Source: Thalia democratica (taxonomy: Eukaryota). From it: a stretch of 64,000 nt of DNA. Positions 63,274 through 64,000 of this stretch are shown in pieces (position 1 is the stretch's first letter; every line of letters starts with the position of its first letter). A program made the position numbers and the translations under genes. The notes beneath the pieces were generated by a model. It ran no database searches and was not told the origin of the DNA. It worked only from the letters and a program-made list of their open reading frames with translations. The stretch is from the NCBI GenBank assembly GCA_965202585.1, contig OZ241834.1:11594001-11658000 (forward strand), read 5' to 3'.

Positions 63274-64000
63274 GAACACAAAGCTAATTTTCTGTTTCTG
63301 TTCTGTTTAAATAAACAAGTGTTTAATACGATACCGTGTTCTGAAAAAAAATTGTAAAATAAAATATTTTACTCTAATAAGATTAAAAATTTAAAATAAC
63401 TTCAATGGTACACAGGGTTGCTACATAGTTAGGCCAACTTAGGTTACTTTAAAATATTGAAAGTATTAGGGTAATTTTTGCTAGTATGTCCGAATAAACA
63501 TATTTGCTTTAATTGGTGGTGTGAAAGTGCTTTTTTGTTTAATAAAATGACTGACTATCTAGCATGTGTTTAAATTTAAAAGCTTGTGTATAAAAGAAAG
63601 CAAAAAACTAGGTTGTTTAAAAATAGACAACTTAGGCATTAAAAAATGTTTATTTTGAAATGTTACTTAATAACTCTTCTTTCTAAATAAATATCGAAGT
63701 GAAACAAGCTCTTTCAGTACTTATTTTAATATTATCATTTTTAAAAGTTAAATTAAGTTTATGGTTAAATTCAATCTTTATAAAGTTATGAAATTTGTAT
63801 AATATTTTATATTTAATTATTAAGATATGAAATTCTTTAAGTATTTCAATCAATTATTAAAAAAAATGTTCAACTTTTAGCAAAACATACTGGAAAAATT
63901 CAACGTAAAATTATTTCAGCTTATTACAATTTTACCTTATTTAAAATTTTTGTGACCTATTTTTCAAGTATTTTCATGTCTGGTATTAGTATTGTTTATC

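Overview
This is AT-rich (roughly 25% GC by eye) eukaryotic, almost certainly invertebrate animal, genomic DNA with GT-AG introns; it is not prokaryotic. All exon models were read by hand. Genes: (1) a multi-exon LanC-like protein 3 gene on the minus strand (28104-36537), apparently missing one micro-exon; (2) an intronless 523-aa protein with two tandem PARP-type ADP-ribosyltransferase folds (18005-19576); (3) an intronless, probably damaged RRM gene (20623-21117); (4) a pseudogenised class-A GPCR with a Cys-rich ectodomain (47198-49586); (5) a 15-exon SKICH plus coiled-coil gene resembling TAX1BP1/CALCOCO (54985-61893); (6) a small putative coiled-coil gene near the right end. Intergenic and intronic DNA is full of DNA transposons and MITEs (hAT, mariner-like, foldback) and Penelope-like retroelement remnants. 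The most unusual items are a 3.4-kb foldback element carrying a non-transposase cargo gene with four tandem symmetric micro-exons, a 185-bp insertion with a 13-bp TSD and a perfect 110-bp palindrome containing half a hammerhead core, and a near-complete minimal hammerhead ribozyme motif at 53059-53097. No rRNA, tRNA or CRISPR array was recognised.
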